Source: Candidatus Heimdallarchaeum endolithica
GTDB lineage: Archaea > Asgardarchaeota > Heimdallarchaeia > Heimdallarchaeales > Heimdallarchaeaceae
Assembly: GCA_021513715.1 (NCBI GenBank)
Contig: CP084167.1
Coordinates: 2,976,001 to 3,040,000 of the forward strand
Direction of reading: 5' to 3'
DNA length: 64,000 nucleotides
Under the pieces are notes generated by a model. It was not told the DNA's origin, searched no databases, and was given only the letters and a program-made list of their open reading frames with translations. Of this stretch, positions 8,833 through 19,100 are shown one piece after another (the first letter of the stretch is position 1; every line of letters begins with the position of its first letter). Made by a program: the position numbers and the translations under genes.

Positions 8833-9626
8833 GGTAGTGTCTAGTTTTTATACCACCTCCTAGGCAAAAAGAAACTAAGGGGAGGATGTCCCAAGCTCTG
8901 ATGAAGACGAACGAAATTATAATGGAACATAAAGAGAGTAAGAAAACCAGAAAGATGACTAGAGCCATAGACGGCACGGATAGGACAAGTGTAGTGCAGT
9001 GGAGAATAGAATGAAACCAACGATAACTCTTAAGGGTAGCATTAAAACGTTCAATATAGGAGCGTAAACCACCTTTGATAACGGAGATTTTAATACCGAG
9101 ACGACGTAAGACAGGATACCATATACCATACCCCTATACCCCTGCATCTGTGACGACAATACGAGGCTTAGAACCCTATACCAACATTTGAGCCAATAAC
9201 GGAAAGTTAGTAAACATTCAAGATTACTCCGTCCTTTAGTAATACTAAAACCCAATAAAGTCTTGTTGTAAGGATCTAACGCGAACCACAGATACATTGA
9301 GCCCTGAGTGGTCTTAATTTCTGTTTCATCTACTACTATAATCTCTGGTATTCCCCCTCTCTCTGCTACAACTCTATGTAAACTTTCCCTAAAGAGCCTG
9401 AACTTCTTTACTCAATACCATAACACTATTGTTTGGTGTGTTAAACCATTCTTCCATCCTACTGTCCTCAACCCATTCTTTGAACCAATCTATTCCTAAA
9501 TTGCTTTTATTATTATCTTTTTGGGGACTCTGCATCTCTTAAAAAGAGTAGATAGTTTTTGAATTTTCATATCTTACTATTAGAGTCCCCACAAATATTT
9601 TTGTCGGAAGAAAACTAGACACTACC
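8833..9626 (-). mobile_element. IS6-family insertion sequence, copy 2 (pseudogenised transposase)
   Basis: Perfect 16-bp TIRs GGTAGTGTCTAGTTTT (8833-8848) / AAAACTAGACACTACC (9611-9626); closely similar to 3584-4364, same orientation; additional stops and small insertions. Confidence 0.92.
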
Positions 9627-9879
9627 TTTACTAGTATAAGTTGCTTCTAAATATATATAAGGTAATTTCTCCAAAAAAGTAAATTAGTCTTAAACATAGA
9701 AAAACACATAAAGTGGAGCAATTCATTAAAAAAGCTAATATAATTTTTTTTCCAATTAAAGTAAATTATCAATAAGATTACTATCTTTCAAAAAAGTTAT
9801 AAAGTTCTGTAGTTTTTACGTTTATAACAAGGTAAAGCATTAAGATAAACTTATGCAAATGAAAATTTAAAGTGATTTT

Positions 9880-10929
9880 ATGAGTGTAAGAACACCGGAA
9901 GATATTCTACTGGAAGTAAAAGGCTTGAAAACCTACTTCTTTACAGAAGAAGGAGTAGTGAAAGCTATAGAATCAATCAATTTTGTTGTTTATAAATCAG
10001 AAACATTAGGGCTAGTAGGAGAATCTGGATCAGGAAAAAGTGTAACTGCTCTAAGTATCTTAGGAATTGTACCGGACCCACCGGGAAAAGTCCTTGAAGG
10101 TGAAGTTATTTTCCATGGTCAAGATTTACGTAAATTGAGCACTGCTGAAATGCGTAAAATCAGAGGAAACCAGATTGCCCAAGTATTTCAGGATCCTATG
10201 ACCTCTCTGAACCCTGTTTTCACCGTTGGAGACCAGATCGGAGAAGCTATTATTCTTCATCAACAAGTATCTAGGAAGGAAGCTAGAGAAAAAGCTATCA
10301 AAATCATGTCTCTTGTTGGTATTCCTTCTGCTGATGAACGTGTTGATAACTATCCTTTTGAGTTCTCAGGAGGTATGCGCCAGAGAGTTATGATTGCTAT
10401 GGCACTAAGTTGTAACCCTGAACTTCTTATCGCTGACGAACCAACAACAGCTTTAGATGTAACTATTCAAGCTCAAATCCTTGAGCTACTGAAGGCAACC
10501 AGCGAAGAGTTTGACATGAGTATCATTCTTATTACACATGATATGGGTGTTATCGCTGAAATGTGTGACCGTGTGGCTGTTATGTATGCAGGGTATATCG
10601 CTGAAGTTAGTGATATAATGACTATTTTCAAGTCTCCTTTGCATCCTTATACTAAAGGTCTACTTGGAGCCATTCCTCGTCCTGATGCGAAGAGAGAAGA
10701 TTTAACAATTATTAGAGGAAGCATTCCTAATCTTATTAATCCTCCATCAGGGTGTCGTTTCCATCCCCGATGTGATTACTGGATAAAAGGATTATGTGAA
10801 GTGAAAATTCCTGAGTTTATTGAAATTGAACCAGGGCATCAATTAATGTGCCACTTATACACTGAAGAAGGTAAAGCTTATCTGGAAGCTCACAAAGACC
10901 ACCCCAGAATATCTTATGCAGCAAAGTAG
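9880..10929 (+). CDS. oppD: Oligopeptide/dipeptide ABC transporter ATP-binding subunit (OppD/DppD)
   Basis: [32 protein letters not shown]-terminal GCRFHPRC. Confidence 0.93.
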   Translation: MSVRTPEDILLEVKGLKTYFFTEEGVVKAIESINFVVYKSETLGLVGESGSGKSVTALSILGIVPDPPGKVLEGEVIFHGQDLRKLSTAEMRKIRGNQIAQVFQDPMTSLNPVFTVGDQIGEAIILHQQVSRKEAREKAIKIMSLVGIPSADERVDNYPFEFSGGMRQRVMIAMALSCNPELLIADEPTTALDVTIQAQILELLKATSEEFDMSIILITHDMGVIAEMCDRVAVMYAGYIAEVSDIMTIFKSPLHPYTKGLLGAIPRPDAKREDLTIIRGSIPNLINPPSGCRFHPRCDYWIKGLCEVKIPEFIEIEPGHQLMCHLYTEEGKAYLEAHKDHPRISYAAK

Positions 10930-10940
10930 GTGAATAAAGA

Positions 10941-12146
10941 ATGTCAACACCATCTATTATAGAAAAATTACAAGAAAAAAAAGGAAAAGATGCAAGAATT
11001 AAAACTAAAGATCTCGAAGAAGATGTAGTTCTTGAAGTTGAAAATTTAGCCAAATACTTCAAAATACCTAATCCTATGGATACAACTTGGTTCTTAGTTG
11101 CTTTTGTAGGCGCACTAGTTTTATTCGCATTTTTCAAAATTATTGGACTTATTCTTATAGGATTAATTATTCTAGCTTATTTCATTATTCCATATGTACC
11201 GCCATTCAACAAAAGACCAAAATTTGTTTATCTAAAAGCAGTCGATGGTTTAAACATTAAAATTAGAAAGCAAAAAATCGTTGGTCTTGTAGGAGAAAGT
11301 GGATGTGGAAAAAGTACAGCAGCTAGAACTATTTTGCGTCTTCTCGAGCCGACCAAAGGGTCTGTTTATTTCAGGGGTATAGATATCAACAGACTAACTT
11401 CTGATGAATTAAAAGAAATGAGAAGATATATGCAAATAGTCTTTCAAGATCCTTACGCTAGTCTTAACCCAAGAGCAACAGCTTTTGATATTATATCTGA
11501 ACCCTATATTATTCATGGAGTAGCTTCTGGAGACGAAATAAGTATAAACGTCCTCAGATTATTGAAAGAAGTAGGTTTAGCTCCACATCACGCATACAGA
11601 TATCCACATGAATTCTCTGGTGGTCAGAGACAAAGAATAGGAATAGCTCGTGCTTTAGCTTTAGAACCAGATTTCATCATTATGGACGAACCTGTAAGTA
11701 ACTTAGATGTTTCTGTTAGAGCAGCAATTATTCAACTAATCCTCAATTTACAACAAAAAATGGGCTTGACTTATCTCTTTATTGCTCATGATCTTGCATT
11801 GGTTCGTATTCTCTGTGATGAAGTAAATGTTATGTATCTTGGAAAACTTATGGAAGCTGGAACAAGCGATGAAATTTTTGAGGATATGAAACATCCTTAT
11901 ACTAAAGCTTTAGTTTCAGCAGTCCCAATTGCTGATCCAACAAAACGTTCCAAGAAAATATTCCTACAAGGAGATATTCCCACACCAATTAACCCTCCAC
12001 CAGGTTGCCGTTTCCAAACTCGATGTCCTCTTGTAAGTGACATTTGTCGAGCTGAAGATCCTAAAGCTAAATATTTTAGCAAAACACACGTAGTATACTG
12101 TCATAATGTTGAGGGTGGAGAGGATTCTCCAAAAGCTTTTGAGTAA
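10941..12146 (+). CDS. oppF: Oligopeptide/dipeptide ABC transporter ATP-binding subunit (OppF/DppF) with inserted hydrophobic hairpin
   Basis: GESGCGKS, FSGGQRQR, IMDEPVSNLD, GCRFQTRC; ~35-aa hydrophobic insert before KAVDG. Confidence 0.9.
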   Translation: MSTPSIIEKLQEKKGKDARIKTKDLEEDVVLEVENLAKYFKIPNPMDTTWFLVAFVGALVLFAFFKIIGLILIGLIILAYFIIPYVPPFNKRPKFVYLKAVDGLNIKIRKQKIVGLVGESGCGKSTAARTILRLLEPTKGSVYFRGIDINRLTSDELKEMRRYMQIVFQDPYASLNPRATAFDIISEPYIIHGVASGDEISINVLRLLKEVGLAPHHAYRYPHEFSGGQRQRIGIARALALEPDFIIMDEPVSNLDVSVRAAIIQLILNLQQKMGLTYLFIAHDLALVRILCDEVNVMYLGKLMEAGTSDEIFEDMKHPYTKALVSAVPIADPTKRSKKIFLQGDIPTPINPPPGCRFQTRCPLVSDICRAEDPKAKYFSKTHVVYCHNVEGGEDSPKAFE

Positions 12147-12231
12147 CTTCTATTTTCTTTTCAACTTTTTTTTATTATAGCATAATTCTTATATTACTTA
12201 GTATTATATTTCAATTGTTAAAATAAAATGC

Positions 12232-12999
12232 TTGGTGACCAAGTTTATGAGTAAGGTAAATGTTCAAATAGCTCTAAATAATATTGAAAGAATAAAATCA
12301 GAATTAGAAGAACTAACTCAATTAGTTGTTGGGTTGAAGGAGGATCTTAATTATTCTGTAGAAAATAGCAAAAATTCACTATCTAGTATACTGAAAAAAA
12401 ATGAAGAGAAAAGCGAAAATATAAATATCCTCGAAACAACAAGAAAGGATTTACAACGTCAAATTAGTGAAAAAACTAGTGAATTAAATGAAAAAACATC
12501 TAAAAAGGATATCTTAAACTCTGAAATACAAAGTAAAAGACAAGACTTAGAAAAACTGAATTCAGTTATTCTCACAGAAGAAAAAAATAAAACTGAATTA
12601 CAAACTGAAACAATTGGAAAAGAGGAAAAACTACAGACACTAAACAGAAAAATAGAAGAGAAACAAGTCCTAATCGAAGCAACAAGGGAAGATACAGAAA
12701 AAGAAATATTAGCTAAAAATGAACAAATTAGGAAACTAAATGATGAAAAGGATAAAATTGTTTCAAGAGCTAAAGCCCTAAAATATTTGTTGAAGAAAAA
12801 TATCATTAGTCTTCCAGAGATTAATGTAATTCGAAGTTTAAATGTACCTGGTGTGGATACTGAAGAAAATATTAGGAAAACATCTGGTGTTTCTGATCAA
12901 ATTGTAAGAAAAATCTTAATGGACCTTGATGAGAGAGGAATTATAACCTATGAAACATTATCTGGAAAGGTTCAGAAGCTTACAGAAATTGATATTTAG
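12232..12999 (+). CDS. Long coiled-coil protein with C-terminal winged-helix-like domain
   Basis: ~180 aa E/K/L heptad region, then IRKTSGVSDQIVRKILMDLDERGII and a beta hairpin. Confidence 0.65.
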   Translation: MVTKFMSKVNVQIALNNIERIKSELEELTQLVVGLKEDLNYSVENSKNSLSSILKKNEEKSENINILETTRKDLQRQISEKTSELNEKTSKKDILNSEIQSKRQDLEKLNSVILTEEKNKTELQTETIGKEEKLQTLNRKIEEKQVLIEATREDTEKEILAKNEQIRKLNDEKDKIVSRAKALKYLLKKNIISLPEINVIRSLNVPGVDTEENIRKTSGVSDQIVRKILMDLDERGIITYETLSGKVQKLTEIDI

Positions 13000-13010
13000 G
13001 AGGAGTAAAA

Positions 13011-13775
13011 ATGCAAGAAATTGAACAACTTAGGTCTCATTTAGATAAAATTAAAGAGTCAATAGATAATTTGAATAGCAAGCTTAATAATAAAATCAAT
13101 ACAATCAGCTCTATTTCTTCTTCTACTGATGAAGAAATAAATGTAATTCCTGGATTCTTTGAAGAGCTAGAAAAAAAGGAAAATGAACTAAATGAAGAAA
13201 TCAAAAAACTAAAAGAAGAACTTCAAAATTTAGTAGACAATATACAAAAAACGGAAGAAGAAATCTCTCTCAATGAATCTGAATTGCAAAAGTTGAAAGA
13301 AAAAGAAAATGTAAAAAGAGAAGAAAAAGATAAGATTGCTTCTGAAATTTCAGAGTTGAAAAATAAGAACATTCTTTTAGATACTCAAATAGAAGAGAAA
13401 ACAAAAGAACTTGAAACATTAACTGAACAATATTCACAAGTGCAAACAAATTCAAAACAACAAATAGAAGAGTTAACAGTAAAAATTGGTGCACTAGAAG
13501 AAGAACTAAAGAAGGCGAAAGAAGATAATAAACTTATAGTTTACTTGATGGATGCAGGGTTGATGGATGTTCCTGAAGCAGAAATAATTTCAGTAATTGC
13601 ATCGAGTACTGATGGCTTAACATTAAGCGAAATAAAGGAAAAGGTTTCTATTCCTAGTGTTAGAGTACAACCCACACTAAATAATTTACTTGAAAAAGTC
13701 TTAACCTATGATGCAAGAAGAGAGAAATACCAGATTAGCTCAATAGTACAAGAAGAAATGAACAATAGATCTTAA
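13011..13775 (+). CDS. Long coiled-coil protein with C-terminal winged-helix-like domain (probable paralog of upstream gene)
   Basis: Heptad region, then PEAEIISVI..GLTLSEIKEKVSIPSVRVQPTLNNL; preceded by AGGAGT Shine-Dalgarno-like sequence. Confidence 0.65.
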   Translation: MQEIEQLRSHLDKIKESIDNLNSKLNNKINTISSISSSTDEEINVIPGFFEELEKKENELNEEIKKLKEELQNLVDNIQKTEEEISLNESELQKLKEKENVKREEKDKIASEISELKNKNILLDTQIEEKTKELETLTEQYSQVQTNSKQQIEELTVKIGALEEELKKAKEDNKLIVYLMDAGLMDVPEAEIISVIASSTDGLTLSEIKEKVSIPSVRVQPTLNNLLEKVLTYDARREKYQISSIVQEEMNNRS

Positions 13776-13800
13776 AATTCTCTTTGTTTATTATACTTAT

Positions 13801-14715
13801 TCATTTTTTCTTCGATTCAAAATTTTTCTTTATTTCATAATAATCTTTATTGTTAAAAGGACAGACCTTTAAACATATACTGCAACCATATTCATTAGTA
13901 AAATGTGGCATACATTTTTCCTGTATAATATGAGTTATTCTTCCTGAGCTGTGAATAATAGGTTCATCTAGAATTGCTTTGCCTGGGCAAGAACGAATAC
14001 ATTTTCTACATTTTTTACAGTAATCTTCTATCCAAGAATGCTTATTTTCTTTCGCAAAAGGTAAATTTTCAATATTTGTATATATTGCTGATATTCTAAA
14101 TCTAGGGCCAAACTCAGGAGAAATCATTAATCCAGAGTAACCGAGCCAAGCTAATCCTGCAGCTTGCGCTAAAGGTGGATATAGTGAAATCCCTCCTAAA
14201 GGGTGTCTTGCATGAGCTGCAAAGCCTAGCTTTCTTAAATATTTAGTTAATTTGTTTGTTAAGATGCCAAGTTTGTTATAAGTGTGCATTACTTCTTTAA
14301 TTGCTTTAAAGCTGGGGGTTGTATCCATTTTTTCCTTATTCATTTCCATTCCTAAAACAATGGCATTTTCATGTAAAACGCATTTTTCCTTGAAAACATT
14401 TTGTGGTTCTACTTTTGCATAACCAATGAGGTCAATACCTATCTGTTTTGCATAATTTTCAACATCTTTCAACTCTGCTTTTGTTATTTTTTTCTTAGGA
14501 TTAGAAGGGTTCTTCTTTAATGTATCAATTGCCTTGTGTAAATTAATTACATTAGAAATTACTATTGGAGATAAACGAACTAATCCTCTAAGTCCTTCAG
14601 ATCTATATTTAGTACTTTCTTTGGGTATAAAGAATCTTTCAATGGAATCTTCATTGTAACTCACACTAGTTTCGTATTTACAAACATTGTTCTCTTTTTT
14701 AAAAAGAGGATTCAT
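13801..14715 (-). CDS. Reductive dehalogenase / QueG-like cobalamin- and 2x[4Fe-4S]-dependent protein
   Basis: AAGLAWLGYSGLMISPEFGPRFRIS..YT, CKKCRKCIRSCP, C..CSICLKVCP. Confidence 0.8.
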   Translation of the reverse strand: MNPLFKKENNVCKYETSVSYNEDSIERFFIPKESTKYRSEGLRGLVRLSPIVISNVINLHKAIDTLKKNPSNPKKKITKAELKDVENYAKQIGIDLIGYAKVEPQNVFKEKCVLHENAIVLGMEMNKEKMDTTPSFKAIKEVMHTYNKLGILTNKLTKYLRKLGFAAHARHPLGGISLYPPLAQAAGLAWLGYSGLMISPEFGPRFRISAIYTNIENLPFAKENKHSWIEDYCKKCRKCIRSCPGKAILDEPIIHSSGRITHIIQEKCMPHFTNEYGCSICLKVCPFNNKDYYEIKKNFESKKK

Positions 14716-14951
14716 GGCTCTATCTAAAAAAATCCCTGAACTTTACCAATGATTTTCATTCTTACATTACTCGTTTTTTGTTTATTATCAACACAAATAA
14801 TTCATTAAATTCTTAAAGATTTTTGCGGTAAAAGGCTGTTTTCTTTTTTAAAGTCTTAAATTTTGTTTTAACTTTATTCTATTTGAAATGAATTAGATTT
14901 AAATGTTGGATATTAATAATTGCTTGTTCTTTAAAATTTGAATAGTTGAAA

Positions 14952-15614
14952 TTAAACCAATGAGGTGTTTATTAAGTAGGTAGAGAAAATAGCATTCATT
15001 AATTCATTTCTTTCTCTAATTAATTCTGTAATAATTTCTCCAAATTTCTCGTCTCTTATTTCTTCTCTAACTTCATTCAACAACATTTCGTTAAGTCCTT
15101 TGTTTAAACATAAAGTTATTTTATTGCATTTATACAAGATCGCTAGTAATAGTTTGGTGTGCATGGTTGCTTTTTTCGAATTAATTATAGTCTCTTGTAA
15201 TTGATGCATTAGTTCAATTTTTACGCTTTCTTCAGTACAGAAAATTTTTCTTCTTTTAAAAAATAAGAATCTTTTTTCTATTTTAGTTAAGATTCCGTCT
15301 TGAAGCATAACTTCAATAAAAGATTCAAGTATTTGATTTGATTTTATACCTAATGATCTTATCCAAAATCTAATATCATTTTCATGTTCATTCTGCATTT
15401 CTTCAATAATGCTCTTAAAAATAGGGTGTGTAGTTTCTGATGAAATAATCTCTATCTTATTATCATCTCTAATTTTTATTAAATTTAACATCTCTAAATC
15501 GATGATTATAGCTGAAGGTAAACCATAAAAAATAAGGTCACTACTACTCTTTTCTATCCTTCCTCTCCTTTGATCAATTAACAAGATTATTAATCTCTCA
15601 GTTAGTAACAACAT
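14952..15614 (-). CDS. GPP34 / GOLPH3 / Vps74-family protein
   Basis: N-terminal L.L.E.L.LL.ID..G...YGL..A.I.DL pattern, G.L...EKRFLFF hairpin, LLAILY. Confidence 0.7.
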   Translation of the reverse strand: MLLLTERLIILLIDQRRGRIEKSSSDLIFYGLPSAIIIDLEMLNLIKIRDDNKIEIISSETTHPIFKSIIEEMQNEHENDIRFWIRSLGIKSNQILESFIEVMLQDGILTKIEKRFLFFKRRKIFCTEESVKIELMHQLQETIINSKKATMHTKLLLAILYKCNKITLCLNKGLNEMLLNEVREEIRDEKFGEIITELIRERNELMNAIFSTYLINTSLV

Positions 15615-15833
15615 TCAAATTAAAATTATCTAATTCACCCTAATATATTTTGCTTTCTTGTAAATAAAATAATCTTAAAATTCAAGATTCATTAAAGCAT
15701 AGTTTAGATGCTTAAATAGAGTAAAAAAAAGCTTATACAGGGAGCAGAAAAGCGGTTAAATTATTTATAAATGTCTATGCTAAGATATAATTAAAACTCA
15801 ACAAATAGAAAATATAAGGAGAATAAAGAAACT

Positions 15834-16157
15834 ATGGGTTCTTGTATGGTTACTTACGATACCTATTCTCCTGGTATCACTATTGAAAATCACTCTCTTA
15901 AATTCTATGTTAATCAAACGGATTTAACTTATCTCCCTGATGGTAATTATACTCTCTGGAGACCTATCAATGAGGGTGAAGAATTACCTGCGATTATTAT
16001 AATTAAATCTGGTATAATTAATATTACTTACAGTAGTTTTGGCAATCAAGAGACTGAAGCGGTGAGCTTTTCCCTTCTGTCCCCCTTAATGTTATTCCTT
16101 CCACTCTTTTCGTATGTTGTTGTTTTTTATAAACATAAAAGGTCATTAGTTGTATGA
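15834..16157 (+). CDS. Small C-terminally anchored hypothetical protein (possibly a fragment)
   Basis: 107 aa, beta-rich with C-terminal TM + basic tail. Confidence 0.45.
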   Translation: MGSCMVTYDTYSPGITIENHSLKFYVNQTDLTYLPDGNYTLWRPINEGEELPAIIIIKSGIINITYSSFGNQETEAVSFSLLSPLMLFLPLFSYVVVFYKHKRSLVV

Positions 16158-16199
16158 ATGGAAAAAAAGGAAATTTATTTGAATAGAAATTAAAGAGAA

Positions 16200-19100
16200 C
16201 TAGGTTGTTCTACCCTTTTTTTTTGATCTTATAGTTTTGACAATAGAATTTATTCCAATTCCAAGTATCACTGTTGCAGCTCCAACAGCTATTCCATAGT
16301 AGCTATTTAACACTGAGTCTATTGCTGACCAACTTTTGGGGAAAAAACCTTTTGGATTGTGAATCTGGAAAACCAGCTGTATTTCAATAGTATTATTAGC
16401 TCTATCGCTTAATCTAAAGTAAATAGTATATTCTCCATTATCAAGAGAAGTAGTGTTAAGATAATATGTTTGGGGAATTGAATTTGCAGTCCAAATTGTG
16501 TTATTTATTTCTACTTCTAACTTTGCTACGCCACTTCCATCGTCAGAGCCGTTAATATTGAACTTAATATTATCACCCGATAGAACTGTAGATGTAGGTG
16601 GTCCATCTACTACTAAATTAGGTAAAACAGTATCAGTTGCAATATAGGAATATGGATCTGAAGCAAAACCCATAGTAGAAACTTGTTCAAACTCGTCAAA
16701 AGCCACAACATAATAAAATACCTCTGTACTCCAATTTACAGGAGGAATATAAGCATAGTATAAGCTCCCACTACTTGTCATTGAAGTTGACTGCCAGTTT
16801 CCATCGTCAAATTTGTAATATAATGTACAATTCTTAACGCTAGTTTCTTCAGAAACGCCAACAATAACTTCAACCTCTTCTCCATATTCTGGTTTAGAAG
16901 GGTTTATTTCTATGTGTGAGAGAAGAGGAGGATTAAAATCGTTTTCAACAGTAACAATTCGCTTATCACTCGTTGATCTGTAGTTGCCTGAACTATCATA
17001 TGCAATAGCTTTTAATTCGTATACACCATTACCGATATTTCTTGTATTCCAATAAGTTTCATACGGAGAAGAACTAATGTTAGTTATTAATGTTAAGTTT
17101 GCGTAAAATTCAATAAAAGCAATGGAACTACCTTCGTCTTCTGCGTTAGCTTCTAATAAAACTGTTTCAGTAAGGAGAGAATTATTGTAAGGACGAATAA
17201 GTTCAATAGAAGGTTCTATGTCATCTATTACAGTAAACGAGTAATATACTCCCCCATTATCATCAGTCTGTATATTGCCAAATAAGTCAGTGGCGTTAAT
17301 ATAGAAAAGAACGTGTGTGCCAGTTGGCAAAGTGGGCAAATTGACTTCATATCCTTTTTCAGAAACCTTAGTTGGAATGACAGATAACCAACTAGAGCCA
17401 TTGTAATAATTAAGTGTTAGTTCAGTGATATCTGAGAGTTCATCATAAGCATCAAAAACAATATTTGCACCTTGATAATATTTTGGAGTGTTAGTAAGAC
17501 TTACAGATTCTATAACAGGTTCTCCAATTTCGATGAGATTCAAATCGTCAAAAATAACAGTCATAACATCTGTACCAGTAGTGTCAACATTCAAGGTTAT
17601 TCTAGTGACATTCCAATTATTAACACCATAGTAACTTATAGCATCGTTGTAAATATTGCGTTTTAAATTCAACCAATTATTGAGTATGTTTCTATCTTTT
17701 AGCAAAAAGTAGACAACATCTGTTTGGTTTGATAGATTAATATTTGACCCATTCGCAATAACATAATGAATTGAATTAGTATCATCAAGTAGTAGTGATA
17801 TTGATACATAAACATTATCTCCTTGCATTTTCTCTAGGTAGTACCAGAAGTTACTTATCATGCCTGGTTTAAGGATAAAATACATGTTTGAAATATACGT
17901 ACTAACTGCGTAATTGCTATGTGAACTAATGTTTATTGCCCAATCTCCTGAATGAGCAAAAGAAGTTTTATTAACGCAATTTTCAGAAGCAGAGGTTTCC
18001 CACGCAGCAAATATTCTAGATGGATCCCAAATTTGCTCAAAAGAAGGTTCAATAAAAGCATAACTTTTGATTGATAAGTTGTCTATTAGGAGTTCTACTC
18101 TTGTATTTTGTGAGTAAGCTCCAATATAGAAATCAACATTTTCTAAAGTTATGTTCCTTAAGTTTAGCGTGTTATATAATTCATAAACATCAATAGATGT
18201 GTGTACCCATTCGTCTTCTCTACCAAAACCATCATCTTTAATGTAATAATAATAATTACTATTGGATGAATAATTAGAGTATAGACTGAAATCTTTGTCT
18301 CCTATTCCAAGGACTATCTCTATGTAATAAGAAACTGTATTATTGCTAAAATGTATTATAAAACTAGCATACTCATCATAACTTCTTAGATTAAATTTTA
18401 TTTTCCAGTAAAAGTCTATTAGAAGAGAATTTTCTTTGTAAACATAGAGTCCTTGAGGGTTACCAAAATATTTGCGAAAAGTAGCATGAGAATTTAAGCC
18501 TTGTATAAATTTTGCAGTTATATTTACAGCCTTGTTACCGCTATAATGTTCATCAGTAAGGCTAACAAAAGATGGGTCACTATCAATGTCTATCCAATAA
18601 CTTCCATCTCCGTTCTCAAAATTACCATTGTAATTACTCATATAATCATTGTCTGAAGAGTCTGTGATATTAACAGTATCAATAACTACTTCTACAGGGT
18701 TATAAGAGTATTGTGCGGCATAACAACGAAAATAAATGTGTTGAATATATTCAGTTGTATAACTACCAAAAATGGCTAAATAATCTTCAGTTACATTACG
18801 TGAAAAGAGCTTCCAAGTTTGGAATTCTGTTGTATTGATATCAAAAACACCATTATTTGAATTATTTGACCCATAAGCTCCGTGATAAGATAAGAAATAA
18901 TAGAGATATCTGTCATTAGAAAAACGTATTGAAAAGTAAAAATCATTGTCAGAACCATAATTATCAATAATGTAATAATAAAAACTAACTGTAATCATGT
19001 CACTTACATAAGCATAAGGCGACTGGTCTAAAGAGAGCCTTAAATTACCAGAAGCAGAAGCAATGTTTGTAGCTTGACTTTTTATATATCCAGAGTAACT

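Noticed and set aside
9480-9500. TAG codons at Tyr positions in IS6 copy 2 as evidence of amber recoding
   Set aside because: Host genes here end normally at TAG (e.g. 10929, 12999), and the same copy also has TGA and frameshift lesions; simple decay explains it.
3570-9640. Target-site duplication around the IS6 copies or the composite unit
   Set aside because: Flanks GATCTTTT / GAAGTTGT / ATAAGAGG / TTTACTAG do not match.
14720-14790. KIIGKVQG resembling the acylphosphatase motif
   Set aside because: Only ~10 codons before a stop and no further similarity; more likely the 5' extension of the adjacent gene.
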